Assembly: GCA_963744145.1 (NCBI GenBank)
Contig: CAVUSO010000001.1
Coordinates: 4,416,001 to 4,480,000, forward strand
Origin: an uncultured cyanobacterium
Lineage (GTDB): Bacteria; Cyanobacteriota; Cyanobacteriia; Cyanobacteriales; CAWUOF01
Direction of reading: 5' to 3'
Length of the DNA stretch: 64,000 nt
Shown here: piece by piece, positions 33,350 to 44,186 of the stretch
Numbering within the stretch: position 1 is the stretch's first letter
How the letters are laid out: each line of letters begins with the position of its first letter
Notes under the pieces: model-generated
The model's input: only the letters and a program-made list of their open reading frames with translations
What the model was told of the DNA's origin: nothing
Databases searched by the model: none
Made by a program: the position numbers and the translations under genes

Positions 33350-35599
33350 ATGTTACGCAAACCAAACAAAAATTTAACTCCGGAATTGTGGGCTAGTTGG
33401 AAACCTTTTGGAATTGGAGAACAACACCCCAATAATTATTATGAAGGTTGGAGAGCTTTTTGGGAAAATTTAGACGAATTACCATATACTTGGCGTATTC
33501 TCACCCAAGGTGTTTGTGATGGATGTGCTTTAGGAACAACGGGGATGAAAGATTGGACAATGGACGGGTTACACCTGTGCAATGTCAGAATGAGACTTTT
33601 ACGTCTTAATACTATGCCCGCTTTTGATCATCACATATTAAATGATATTTCTTCATTACAAACTAAATCTAGTAGTGAATTGCGTCAATTAGGAAGACTT
33701 CCTTATCCCATGATCAGACAACGTGGAGAAAAAGGTTTTCATCGAGTCAGTTGGGATGAAGCTTTAGAATTAATTAGTGCGCGGATTCGTGCTACTACAC
33801 CCGATCGTCTGAGTTTTTATCTCACCAGTCGGGGAATTCCGAATGAGACTTATTATGTGACTCAAAAAATTGTGCGATCGCTAGGTACTAATTCCATCGA
33901 TAATGCAGCAAGAGTTTGTCATTCTCCTAGTACCGCAGGATTAAAAGCAGCTTTGGGAGTCGCAGCAACTACTTGCTCTTATCGGGATTGGATTGGTACT
34001 GATTTATTAGTCTTTATTGGTTCTAATGTTGCAAATAACCAACCTGTAACAGTTAAGTATCTCCACTGGGCTAAAAAAGCTGGCACAAAAATGGTAGTAA
34101 TTAATAGTTACCGTGAACCAGGAATGGAACGCTATTGGGTGCCATTAATTCCTGAAAGTGCTTTATTTGGTACTAAATTTGCCGATGATTTCTTTCTGGT
34201 AAATGTTGGGGGAGATATTGCTTTTCTCAATGGTACTTTAAAACATCTGATAGCCAATAACTGGTTAAATAATTCCTTTATTGATCACTATACTACTGGG
34301 TTTACAGAATTAAAAGCTACTTTAGCAAATCAATCATGGGAATCATTAGAACAAGTTTCAGGTAGTACCCGTGAACAGATGTATGCTTTTGCGGAAATAG
34401 TAGGAAAAGCCGAAAAAGCTGTATTTGTTTGGAGTATGGGAATTACCCAGCATGAATGTGGTGAAAATAATGTACAATCTATTATTAATTTAGCATTAAC
34501 TCAGGGATTTATTGGTCGGACAGGATGCGGATTAATGCCCATTCGTGGACATTCTGGAGTCCAAGGTGGAGCGGAAATGGGAGCTTATGCTACAGCATTT
34601 CCTGGTGGTAAACCAATTACTCCAGAAAACGCGGCTCAACTTAGTCAGATTTGGGGTTTTGATGTTCCCACCACAACTGGTTTGATTGCTTCAGAAATGA
34701 TCGATCATGCAGCAAAAGGAAATCTGGATGTGCTATTTTCGATCGGAGGAAATTTCTTAGAAATTATGCCCGATCCGAATTATGTAGAAATGGCTTTAAG
34801 TCAGATATCTTTAAGAGTACATCTGGATATAGTGCTGTCTAGTCAGATGTTAGTTGAACCTGAAGATACAGTAGTTTTATTACCTGTAACTACCCGTTAT
34901 GAAATTCCTGGTGGAGTCACTTCTACTAGCACAGAAAGACGGATTATTTTTAGTCCAGAAATTCCTGGTCGTCGCATTGGAGAAGCACGTCCGGAATGGG
35001 AAGTCATGATGGAGTTAGGACAAAAAGTACGTCCAGAAATTGCCGATCGGTTAAAATTTAAAGATACCACAGCGATTCGGACAGAAATTGCTCAAGTTGT
35101 CTCTTTTTATGATGGAATTCAACATTTAAAACAAGCTGGAGATCAATTTCAGTATGGTGGTGATCATCTTTGTCAAGATTGGAAATTTCCCACTGCGGAT
35201 GGGAAAGCTCATTTTGCAGCAATTTCTTTACCATGTCAACCTGAATTACCCCAGGGATATTTTCGGGTAACAACCAGGAGAGGTAAGCAGTTTAATAGTA
35301 TGGTTCAGGAACAAAAAGATACTATTACTGGTGCAGAACGTGAAGCAATTTTTATGAATCGACAGGATACAGAGAAGTTAAATTTACAGGAAGGAGAAAT
35401 AGTGATTTTGAAAAATGAATTTGGAGAATTGAAAGGAAAGGTATATATTGCACAAATTTTACCAGGCAATTTACAAGTACATTGGCCCGAAGGTAATGTA
35501 TTATTAGATAAAAATAAGCGATCGCATCAAGCTGGTATTCCTGACTATAATGCTTTAGTACAGTTAAGTGTAGGGGTGAAGCATTCGGGCGACAATTGA
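33350..35599 (+). CDS. FdhF/YdeP-family molybdopterin oxidoreductase
   Basis: GVCDGCALG, ARVCHSPS, PIRGHSGVQG, TRRGKQFNS. The C-terminus is altered by a repeat insertion. Confidence 0.88.
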   Translation: MLRKPNKNLTPELWASWKPFGIGEQHPNNYYEGWRAFWENLDELPYTWRILTQGVCDGCALGTTGMKDWTMDGLHLCNVRMRLLRLNTMPAFDHHILNDISSLQTKSSSELRQLGRLPYPMIRQRGEKGFHRVSWDEALELISARIRATTPDRLSFYLTSRGIPNETYYVTQKIVRSLGTNSIDNAARVCHSPSTAGLKAALGVAATTCSYRDWIGTDLLVFIGSNVANNQPVTVKYLHWAKKAGTKMVVINSYREPGMERYWVPLIPESALFGTKFADDFFLVNVGGDIAFLNGTLKHLIANNWLNNSFIDHYTTGFTELKATLANQSWESLEQVSGSTREQMYAFAEIVGKAEKAVFVWSMGITQHECGENNVQSIINLALTQGFIGRTGCGLMPIRGHSGVQGGAEMGAYATAFPGGKPITPENAAQLSQIWGFDVPTTTGLIASEMIDHAAKGNLDVLFSIGGNFLEIMPDPNYVEMALSQISLRVHLDIVLSSQMLVEPEDTVVLLPVTTRYEIPGGVTSTSTERRIIFSPEIPGRRIGEARPEWEVMMELGQKVRPEIADRLKFKDTTAIRTEIAQVVSFYDGIQHLKQAGDQFQYGGDHLCQDWKFPTADGKAHFAAISLPCQPELPQGYFRVTTRRGKQFNSMVQEQKDTITGAEREAIFMNRQDTEKLNLQEGEIVILKNEFGELKGKVYIAQILPGNLQVHWPEGNVLLDKNKRSHQAGIPDYNALVQLSVGVKHSGDN

Positions 35600-35910
35600 G
35601 CAATTAAACTTTACCCTGAGTTTACCCTGAGCGTAGTCGAAGCTTGCCCTGAGCGTAGTCGAAGGGGGCGTAGTCGAAGGGCAGTAATATTATCCCCGAA
35701 TGCTTCACCCTTCTTTTTCTGCTGAGTTCCCCAAAAATATTCTTAACTGAACTGTATGGGATTATAATGCTTTAGTACAGTTAAGTGTAGGGGTGAAGCA
35801 TTCGGGTGACAATTGAGCGATTAAACCAGTAACATTATACCCGAATGCTTCACCCTTCTTCTGCCGATATCTCCTGAACTGTATTGGATTATAATGCTTT
35901 AGTACAGTTA
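35546..35910. repeat. Two tandem MITE/REP elements separated by three copies of a 21-bp sequence
   Basis: TATAATGCTTTAGTACAGTTA at 35546, 35763 and 35890. Confidence 0.85.
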
Positions 35911-35918
35911 GAAAAACT

Positions 35919-36773
35919 ATGAAAATCACTCCTAGTAGTAAAATAAATACTCAAGTTTGGGTAGTAGAAAAAGGGATCTTGCGATCGCGAACTGATCGCT
36001 TAGTGACGGAAGAACCTTTAGAAATCCGTCTAGTTGTGGGTGGAGCATATCGCACCATTGCGATTACGATGCGAACTCCTGGAAATGATTTTGATTTAGC
36101 TGCGGGATTTCTCTATAGTGAAGGTATAATTTATGGTCGCGAAGATATCCGACGGATGAATCACTGTATCGATCCTGGAGTAGAACCAACCAATCGCTAT
36201 AATATCGTTAATGTTGAACTTACGACAGATATCTTCCCAGAATTAACCACCTTAGAGCGTCATTTTTACACTAACAGTGCTTGTGGAGTTTGTGGAAAAA
36301 CTAGCTTAGAAAGTTTGCGTCATCGAGGATATTTAGTAAATCAGTCAGATGTAAAAGTTGCAGCAGATATTTTATATACATTACCAGAAAAATTGCGATC
36401 GCGACAGTCCATATTTTCCAGTACCGGAGGTTTACACGCTGCGGGTTTATTTAATGTAGATGGAGAACTAATTGCTCTCCAGGAAGATGTCGGGAGACAT
36501 AATGCTTTAGACAAGTTAATCGGTGCTGCTTTATTAACTGACAGTTTACCATTCAACAATCAGATTGTGATCGTGAGTGGAAGAACTAGCTTTGAACTTT
36601 TACAAAAAAGTTTAATTGCTGGAGTCCCAATTATCTGTGCTATTTCTGCACCTAGTAGTTTAGCAGTAGCTTTAGCACAGGAATTTGGGATTACCCTCAT
36701 TGGTTTTCTGCGGGGGGAAAAGTTCAATATTTACTCTCACTTAGAACGGATAATTTTACCAAATATCAATTAA
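35919..36773 (+). CDS. fdhD: Formate dehydrogenase accessory sulfurtransferase
   Basis: EEPLEI, MRTPG, SACGVCG, TGGLHAA, EDVGRHNALDK. Confidence 0.93.
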   Translation: MKITPSSKINTQVWVVEKGILRSRTDRLVTEEPLEIRLVVGGAYRTIAITMRTPGNDFDLAAGFLYSEGIIYGREDIRRMNHCIDPGVEPTNRYNIVNVELTTDIFPELTTLERHFYTNSACGVCGKTSLESLRHRGYLVNQSDVKVAADILYTLPEKLRSRQSIFSSTGGLHAAGLFNVDGELIALQEDVGRHNALDKLIGAALLTDSLPFNNQIVIVSGRTSFELLQKSLIAGVPIICAISAPSSLAVALAQEFGITLIGFLRGEKFNIYSHLERIILPNIN

Positions 36774-37641
36774 TCAAGTTTTCAATATTGGTTTTGAGTC
36801 CATTACAAATGTCATCTAGGGGTAAATCGTTAGGATCGTAACCAAATGGGTTTTCGATTTCAATACCAATTTCTTCGATTCCTAGGATTGTAAAACTAAC
36901 TAAAGCGATCACTGGAACAGTCCCCCATCCAAAATCTTTGACTATCTGAAACGGTAAGACTAAGCAGTAAAGTAATAGTAATTGTTTTAAGTGGATATTA
37001 TAAGCTAAAGGTAGGGGAGTTTTTAAAATGCGATCGTAGTTACCTTGACTATCAACTATACTTCTCATTAAACTTTGAACTGCTGCTATTTGAGGAGCAT
37101 TACTGATCCGATTAAGTCTAAATTGCTGTTGTAAATATTCTTCAATCCAAACCCCAATCTCTAGGGGAGGATTAGAGATATTCTGAAGACGTAAATATTG
37201 CTCTGGAGTCATTAATTGTTCCAACTCACTATTAACAGATTCCGATCTTAGATATAATTTAGTAGCGATCGCAAAAGCAGATAGGAGTCGTAGTGCTGCA
37301 ATTTTCTTAGTCCGATCTTCTGGTTCAACTTCTTCAATAATTACCCGAATCAACATGGCTAAATTCAGGATATCGTTAGCTAAACTTCCCCATAACTTGC
37401 GACCTTCCCAATATCGATCATAAGCAGTATTAGTGCGGAAAACTAATAATAATCCTAAAATAATTGACATACTGGTGAGTAATGGTCCCACCGGTTGAGC
37501 TACAGGAAATTCTAACCCATTTAGAACAGAAATAAAAAATGCAAAGAGACAAATGCCAATTACTCTTTGATAAATTGCACCAATAACTGATCCCTTAAGT
37601 TGAAAAACTAATCTAAACCAATTATTTTGTCGCATTTTCAT
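36766..37641 (-). CDS. Bestrophin-family anion channel
   Basis: LLVFRTNTAYDRYWEGRK, IEIENPFG.DPNDLPL. Confidence 0.92.
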   Translation of the reverse strand: MKMRQNNWFRLVFQLKGSVIGAIYQRVIGICLFAFFISVLNGLEFPVAQPVGPLLTSMSIILGLLLVFRTNTAYDRYWEGRKLWGSLANDILNLAMLIRVIIEEVEPEDRTKKIAALRLLSAFAIATKLYLRSESVNSELEQLMTPEQYLRLQNISNPPLEIGVWIEEYLQQQFRLNRISNAPQIAAVQSLMRSIVDSQGNYDRILKTPLPLAYNIHLKQLLLLYCLVLPFQIVKDFGWGTVPVIALVSFTILGIEEIGIEIENPFGYDPNDLPLDDICNGLKTNIENLIN

Positions 37642-38012
37642 TTTTCCTTTAGAGCTACAGCTTGCATTGCTTGATTCTAGCCACTACAGAACAGTATATT
37701 CCGTCCTTATATCAAATTCCAACTATACCAGTCAACTATCAAGTTGATTTTTTTAGATAGCGATATGAATGGAACTGTAAATCTTGAGCCCTTTTCTAGG
37801 AAGAGCCACATTTTACCCAATATTGACAATTAGGATAATCATTGTTAAGCTAATCACTTTTTTTTAAGTATTTTTACTTAGAAATAATCGAACTGAGTAA
37901 AAACACCATTGTCTATGGTTAAATAGGTAACTATAGTAGAAAATTTAACTGATTGAGCCGATCGCCTTTGAACAGGACCAAAAAACCCTATCACAATTTG
38001 ATCTAATTCACA

Positions 38013-39503
38013 ATGCCAAATAAATTTATCAACTTATTCCTATTGAGTGCATTTACTTATCTTGGGTTAGCACCATTACCTGTGCAAGCAAAACCGAGTT
38101 TATTAAATGAAAACCATCCTACCACCATTGCTCAAGATCCCACATCAATTTGTCCAGCACAACTAGGTCCAGCAATTAATGCGATCGTCAACCGTTCCCA
38201 ATTTCGTCGTGCTCACTGGGGAATTCTAGTCGAAACCCTATCCAATGGTCTAGTTCTCTACCAGCATAACCAAAAAGCTTACTTTATCCCGGCTTCTAAT
38301 GCTAAAATTCTCACCACAGCTAGTGCTTTAGCCAAATTAGGTTCTCAATATCAGATTCGCACTTCTATATATGGTAGTAGCGATGGCACTTTATCAGTTG
38401 TGGGTCGGGGAGATCCTAGTCTGACCGACAGTAGTCTCACTAATTTAGCAGAACAACTAAAACAAAAAGGAATTACCCAAATTAAAGAATTAGTAGCAGA
38501 AGATGGTTACTTTACTGGTAATCTAGTCAACCCCACTTGGGAATGGGAAGATATCCAATCTGGTGATGGGGCTCCCGTTAATAGTCTCATTGTTAATCAA
38601 AATACCATAGGCTTAACTCTATCACCCCAAGGAATTGGTCAACCCCTACAAGTGAATTGGGCAGATCCGACGGAAGGAACAGGATGGAAAATTGACAATA
38701 AATCTGTGACAGTTAGCACCAATGAAACAGAATTTGTGGATATCAGTCGAGATTTTGACCAAAACTTAATTCGAGTGAATGGACAACTCCATGTTGGTTC
38801 AGAACCGGACACTGCATCGATCGCAGTTAGTAAACCTACGGAACATTTTTTACAACGATTTCAGAAAATTTTAACCACAGCGGGAATTAATGTTGGAAAA
38901 ATAAAAATCGGTAGTAGTAAAGGACATGAAAACGAGCAGGAATTAGCTGCGATTGACTCTCCTCCTTTAGCCAAGTTATTAATGGATACAAATTTACCTA
39001 GTAATAATTTTTATGCTGAAACCTTACTGCGATTGCTCGGTGCCACTACCAATCAAAGTTCTCAGGACACCGATACTAGCACAAAAGGATTAGAGGTAAT
39101 CAGAGATACTTTAACCAAATTAGGAGTTGATCCCGATAGCTACGTTCAAGCTGATGGATCGGGGTTGTCACGTCATAATCTAGTCAGTCCCGAAGCTTTA
39201 GTTCAAATTCTCAGAGCAATGGTCAATATTCCAGCAGCTTCAGTGTGGAAAGCTTCTCTACCTGTAGCTGGAGTCAGTGGAACTCTGATGAATCGGTTTC
39301 GGAATACCCCAGCGCAAAATATTGTCAGTGCTAAAACCGGGACTCTCCAAGGGATTGTTTCCCTGTCCGGTTATATCAATGCTCCTGAGCAGGAACCGCT
39401 AGTTTTTAGTATGATAATTAATCAATCAGCAGCTAATGCTGCTACTTTACGTCAACCAATCGACGAGATCGTGATCTTACTAACAAGTTTACGTCGTTGC
39501 TAA
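38013..39503 (+). CDS. dacB: D-Ala-D-Ala carboxypeptidase/endopeptidase (PBP4)
   Basis: PASNAK, SNN, DGSGLSRHN, AKTGTL. Confidence 0.92.
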   Translation: MPNKFINLFLLSAFTYLGLAPLPVQAKPSLLNENHPTTIAQDPTSICPAQLGPAINAIVNRSQFRRAHWGILVETLSNGLVLYQHNQKAYFIPASNAKILTTASALAKLGSQYQIRTSIYGSSDGTLSVVGRGDPSLTDSSLTNLAEQLKQKGITQIKELVAEDGYFTGNLVNPTWEWEDIQSGDGAPVNSLIVNQNTIGLTLSPQGIGQPLQVNWADPTEGTGWKIDNKSVTVSTNETEFVDISRDFDQNLIRVNGQLHVGSEPDTASIAVSKPTEHFLQRFQKILTTAGINVGKIKIGSSKGHENEQELAAIDSPPLAKLLMDTNLPSNNFYAETLLRLLGATTNQSSQDTDTSTKGLEVIRDTLTKLGVDPDSYVQADGSGLSRHNLVSPEALVQILRAMVNIPAASVWKASLPVAGVSGTLMNRFRNTPAQNIVSAKTGTLQGIVSLSGYINAPEQEPLVFSMIINQSAANAATLRQPIDEIVILLTSLRRC

Positions 39504-39574
39504 TGCTTCACTAATTAAGCATTTGTGATTAATAAAATTTACCTCGGCTTCCTGACTATTAGAGGATCTGCTCT

Positions 39575-41962
39575 ATGAATAGTGATACGATCAAACCTAA
39601 TGTGCAAGTCCTACAAAAAAGTGTCATCGAGTTGCTCCGTACAATTAACGCGCTGATGAAACGTGCTGCTCAAGAATTAGCAACCGAAGATCATGGGACT
39701 AAATATGAGGTTTTTCAGCAGGAAATCATGAATGAGAGTCGGAAGGTAGCTCAGTTAGAGTTAACCATGGCGATCGTGGCACCGATGAAAGCTGGAAAGT
39801 CAACAATTATTAATGCTATTTTAGGACAAGAGCTTCTCCCTAGTCGCAATGCAGCGATGACTTCCCTTCCCACAGAAATTGTTTTTAATCATACTATTGC
39901 TGAACCGATTCTTAAACTCAGTCCAGCTGTATTAGAAGTGTTTGAATTGACTTTTGAAGTCCTGAAAGCAAAAATTGGTAGTGCTAGTCTCGGTCGGGTG
40001 TGGGAAACTAAGTCGCAATATCCCCATTTGATGGATTTATTAAAAAGAATTCAAGCTTCCGAAGATTTACCGATTAAGTCAGAAACATCTGGACGTGAAG
40101 CTGTCTTGAAAACTTTGACCGATTTGAATGATATGGTCAGACTGTGTAATTTATTTGCACCCCTATCAGATCCCTTACAATTTTTGATGGATTTACCTCG
40201 GCTCGAAACTCCTTTAGTGCGATCGCAAACCGGGAAATCAATGTTAGGAAACTTGGTCTTGGTTGATACTCCCGGACCAAATGAAGCTCGGGCAGATTTA
40301 GAATTAGCTAATGTGGTATCTAAACAGCTCAATAAAAGTTCAATGGTCTTAATTGTCTTAGATTTTACTCAGTTAAAAACTGAAGCAGCAGAAAAAGTCA
40401 AGCAAGATGTGGAAAAAGTAATTAATTTACGTGGCAAGGATAATCTATATGTTTTAATTAATAAAATTGATCAACGTCGCAAAGGTGATATGAATGAAGA
40501 AGGGGTACGTGATTTTGTCGCATCTGAATTAGGATTAGATAGTAAAGACCGAGTATTTGAAATTTCCGCCCGTTGGGCTCTATCTGCATCGAATTTTATT
40601 CAGGAAATCCAAGATGATCCTAATTGCTCAGTTAAGGAAATGAAAACTGGGCGATCGCTAGCTCAAGAAGTATTTGTGACTTTAGATGATGATGAGCTAG
40701 AAGTAGCACTAGAATCGGTGACTACGGAGAAGCTCTATAACCATGCTCAACGTCTATGGAAAAAATCCAAATTTGCACCTTTTTTAGAAAGTGCTATTGA
40801 TGTATTAATCGCACAAGTTGTACCCCACTGTATTCGCTCCGCGTTGAATATGAGTCGTAATTGTTTAATCGAATTACGAGATGATGTCACCCTCCGACGT
40901 AGTGCGATCGCTCAGGATGCGAAGAAATTAAAAGCTGAAATTCAAGCAATTGAAGCTGATTTAGTCCGGTTAGAAGCTTGTCATCATCGTTCTCAAAAAG
41001 CGATCACTAAAATCAAACAGCAACTATCTCAAGCTCTTGAAACTAATCTCAAAGTCCTGAAAGACATGGCTCAAGTTAGCTTGGAAACTTATTTTGTTCA
41101 AGAGGAATATCAACGCTCTGATTTAATTAAGCGAGCTGATATAAAAGCCAGAAAAATGTTACTAAAACCCTTAAGCGAGTTTGACCTATTTCCGAATTGG
41201 ATTTCCCTCCGTCTCAAGTCTCAGTTAGAATTTAAAAGTGCTGGAGTAGTAGTATTTGCTAGTGCTAATATTGCTGAAGAATTTGCTGAATTAGCTTTAA
41301 CTTATGCTAAACGTAGTGTGGATATATTAATGCAAAGTACCCGAGAAGAATCTTGTAAGCAAATTGAACAAGCACGACAAAATGCGATCGATGTTTTAAA
41401 ATGGGAAACTGAACCAATTATTGTCGGAGCTAGAGATCGATTAAATAAATCTTTTAATGTTAATCTCGAATTACCTACCCTGATTTTAGATAGCGGAACT
41501 AACGTTGATTTTGTCCAACCTAGAGTCAAAAGTCATACTAAAAAAGTAACGGAATATAAAAAGATTAAAAATCGTCCTTTTTGGTTACTGTGGTTGTTGG
41601 AAATTGAACGGACTGTTAAAATTAATAAAGAGGAAAATTATTATACAGTTTCGATGCAGGAATTAATTAATCAATTTAACCAATCAATTGAAAAGAATAT
41701 CGAACATATTAATCAACGTTTAAATGAATATTTAGATGCAGATTTTCAGCAAAAGCTCGAAATTTGTTTTGCTGATTTAAGTGCTTATCTCAATAATTAT
41801 CAAGATAGTTTAAAACAAGCGCAAAAAGACCAAAATTTATCATTATTTAAACAAAATGAGTTAATTCAAGGATTAGATCCTTTTGTCCAAAATTCCACCA
41901 GATTAATAGACAAAACTGAGAAGATTCTGAAACAAATCAATAAATTGAAAATGTTAGAATAG
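39575..41962 (+). CDS. Dynamin-like GTPase (CrfC/YjdA-like)
   Basis: APMKAGKSTIINA, DTPGPNE, INKID; helical C-terminus. Confidence 0.8.
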   Translation: MNSDTIKPNVQVLQKSVIELLRTINALMKRAAQELATEDHGTKYEVFQQEIMNESRKVAQLELTMAIVAPMKAGKSTIINAILGQELLPSRNAAMTSLPTEIVFNHTIAEPILKLSPAVLEVFELTFEVLKAKIGSASLGRVWETKSQYPHLMDLLKRIQASEDLPIKSETSGREAVLKTLTDLNDMVRLCNLFAPLSDPLQFLMDLPRLETPLVRSQTGKSMLGNLVLVDTPGPNEARADLELANVVSKQLNKSSMVLIVLDFTQLKTEAAEKVKQDVEKVINLRGKDNLYVLINKIDQRRKGDMNEEGVRDFVASELGLDSKDRVFEISARWALSASNFIQEIQDDPNCSVKEMKTGRSLAQEVFVTLDDDELEVALESVTTEKLYNHAQRLWKKSKFAPFLESAIDVLIAQVVPHCIRSALNMSRNCLIELRDDVTLRRSAIAQDAKKLKAEIQAIEADLVRLEACHHRSQKAITKIKQQLSQALETNLKVLKDMAQVSLETYFVQEEYQRSDLIKRADIKARKMLLKPLSEFDLFPNWISLRLKSQLEFKSAGVVVFASANIAEEFAELALTYAKRSVDILMQSTREESCKQIEQARQNAIDVLKWETEPIIVGARDRLNKSFNVNLELPTLILDSGTNVDFVQPRVKSHTKKVTEYKKIKNRPFWLLWLLEIERTVKINKEENYYTVSMQELINQFNQSIEKNIEHINQRLNEYLDADFQQKLEICFADLSAYLNNYQDSLKQAQKDQNLSLFKQNELIQGLDPFVQNSTRLIDKTEKILKQINKLKMLE

Positions 41963-42113
41963 CATCATTGGGGTAAGCAATGCGATCGCGCTTCGGTTAA
42001 TATTCATCTTAACTTCATTCTCTAGTCATAAGTTTGTCAAACCTCTCTGATACTATCAAAATATTGCTGGCTAGGCAATGGTTACATAGTTTGATTGTTA
42101 AGGATACTCCTCT

Positions 42114-42145
42114 AACCTCTCAGGGAAACTGAGAGGTTTTTTTTT
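42114..42145 (+). terminator. Rho-independent terminator
   Basis: AACCTCTCAG-loop-CTGAGAGGTT followed by a T-run. Confidence 0.8.
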
Positions 42146-42441
42146 CTTGAATAGAGGGCAAAGCATTTCGGCATATAAATGATTGTTTAAGCGTTTACCC
42201 TGAGCGTTCCCTGAGCGTAGTCGAAGGGCGTAGTCGAAGGGCAGAATAATATTACTGAAATGCTTTGCTCTCACACCTATGCAGCCAACCGATCAATTAT
42301 ATATCAATACTCAGTTACAGCCTATGACCTGTTTATGCAGTTCATCAAGGTGATCTGTGGGGCAGGGCGGGTTCATTAAGGTTATTTGTGTGTAGCAAAT
42401 TCATCGGTGAACCCGCCCCTACGAGCGATCGAAAAAACAGG

Positions 42442-43983
42442 TTAACTAACCGATAATTGTTGACAGATCTCTGTATTTACCCGATTATTTTGCTGAATCG
42501 GAATTTCAATATAAAACTCTGTTCCCTGTCCCGGTTGGGATATACAACGGAGCGATCCTCCATGTTTTTCAACGACTATTTTATAGCTAATCGACATTCC
42601 CAATCCCGTACCTTTACCAATTGGTTTGGTGGTAAAGAAAGGATCAAATATCCGTGTTTTGATCTCTTCAGGTATTCCACCTCCATTATCAGCAATCCGC
42701 ACGATCACCCCATGAGAATGGGATATTTCCGTGCGAATCCAGATGGTGGGAATAGTAATTTGAGGATTAGGATTAAGGAGATGAGGATGCTCCGATTCAG
42801 AATTAATTAATCCTTTATTTTGCTCTTCTAAAGCATCGATCGCATTAGCAATAATATTCATAAAAACTTGATTCATTTCACCAGCACAGCATTCTACTAA
42901 TGGTAATGGGCTATAATCTTTAACTATTTTGATCGCTGGTTTTTCTGTGCTACGCATTTTTAACTGATGCTGTAAAATTAATAGGGTACTTTCAATTCCT
43001 TCATGGAGATCAACTAAGTGCATTTCTGATCGCTCCAGTCTGGAAAAGTTTTTCAGAGATTTAACAATATGGCGAATCCGTTCCGTTCCCAATTGCATGG
43101 AATCAGTAATTTTATTAAGATCTTCAATGATAAATTCTAAATCAACATTTTCGATATAATCAGCAATTTCTGTGCTTGGCTCTGGATAATATTTTTGGTA
43201 AAGAGCTAACAATTTCAACAGGTCTTTGATATAGGAATTGCTATGGCAAATATTACCATAAATGAAGTTAATTGGATTATTAATTTCGTGAGCTACTCCT
43301 GCTACTAATCGACCCAGACTAGACATTTTCTCTGTTTGTATTAATTGCAGTTGAGTTTCTTGTAAATCCTGTGATGCTTGTTCCAGTTGTTGGGATTTTA
43401 ATTGGGCAGTAGCAATTGATTCACAATTTTGCTGGTATAATTTTTCTTGTTGATGAGCGATCGCAATTTCTTCAGCTTCACTTTCTTGCTGATATTGAGT
43501 AACCAGCAAATCTAACCCAGCTAATAAGTCTGTTTCTGCTGCATCTAAAATTACTTCTAGTACCGGAATATCTGGAGAGAATTTTCCCTCAATATTGGTC
43601 ATCAAGTTTCTGACTTGGGCAATATAACTCCGGACTTGTTTGTCTAGCTGAATCGGTGGTTCAAAATAAATTTTCCAAATTTTCCCAGAAGGATTTCCTG
43701 GTAAATTGAGATCGAAATCACCACGAATTAATCCATAATGGGTTTTTTCCATTAGATCGACTGCTGCTAGCAATTTTTGACGTAATTGTTTTTGTTTAGT
43801 TTGCTCAGAAGTAGTAACTAATTTTAAACAAAACAAAGCAATCCGTTGGCTCAACATTCGCTGTCTTCCACTCAGATTAATTACCGCAGCATTAATTTTT
43901 CTCACAGTAGTAAGTTTATTCACGTCAAAATAATCGCTTAATTCCAGCACAGGTGATCGCTCCAATGGTGCAAATTTTGGCAA
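42442..43983 (-). CDS. Histidine kinase with NarX/PilJ-like N-terminal sensor domain
   Basis: [36 protein letters not shown]. Confidence 0.85.
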   Translation of the reverse strand: MPKFAPLERSPVLELSDYFDVNKLTTVRKINAAVINLSGRQRMLSQRIALFCLKLVTTSEQTKQKQLRQKLLAAVDLMEKTHYGLIRGDFDLNLPGNPSGKIWKIYFEPPIQLDKQVRSYIAQVRNLMTNIEGKFSPDIPVLEVILDAAETDLLAGLDLLVTQYQQESEAEEIAIAHQQEKLYQQNCESIATAQLKSQQLEQASQDLQETQLQLIQTEKMSSLGRLVAGVAHEINNPINFIYGNICHSNSYIKDLLKLLALYQKYYPEPSTEIADYIENVDLEFIIEDLNKITDSMQLGTERIRHIVKSLKNFSRLERSEMHLVDLHEGIESTLLILQHQLKMRSTEKPAIKIVKDYSPLPLVECCAGEMNQVFMNIIANAIDALEEQNKGLINSESEHPHLLNPNPQITIPTIWIRTEISHSHGVIVRIADNGGGIPEEIKTRIFDPFFTTKPIGKGTGLGMSISYKIVVEKHGGSLRCISQPGQGTEFYIEIPIQQNNRVNTEICQQLSVS

Positions 43984-44186
43984 ATTTTTCCTAGCTGTTT
44001 GACCTAACTAGCGGTAGGTTAATCTCTTATTCTTTAATAATTACGTTAGGAAATCAGTATAATTTATTACCAAATTTGATTGAGCCATTGAAAATGTAAT
44101 AATATTTTTATATTTAACTAACTGGTGCGAAAATTGCATGAGGGACTCTCCAGAGTCCCAGCAAAACTCTGTCCAGGGATTAACCT

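Noticed and set aside
35546..35910. Mini CRISPR array (three 21-bp direct repeats)
   Set aside because: The intervening parts are homologous repeat elements, and the repeat is the duplicated gene end.
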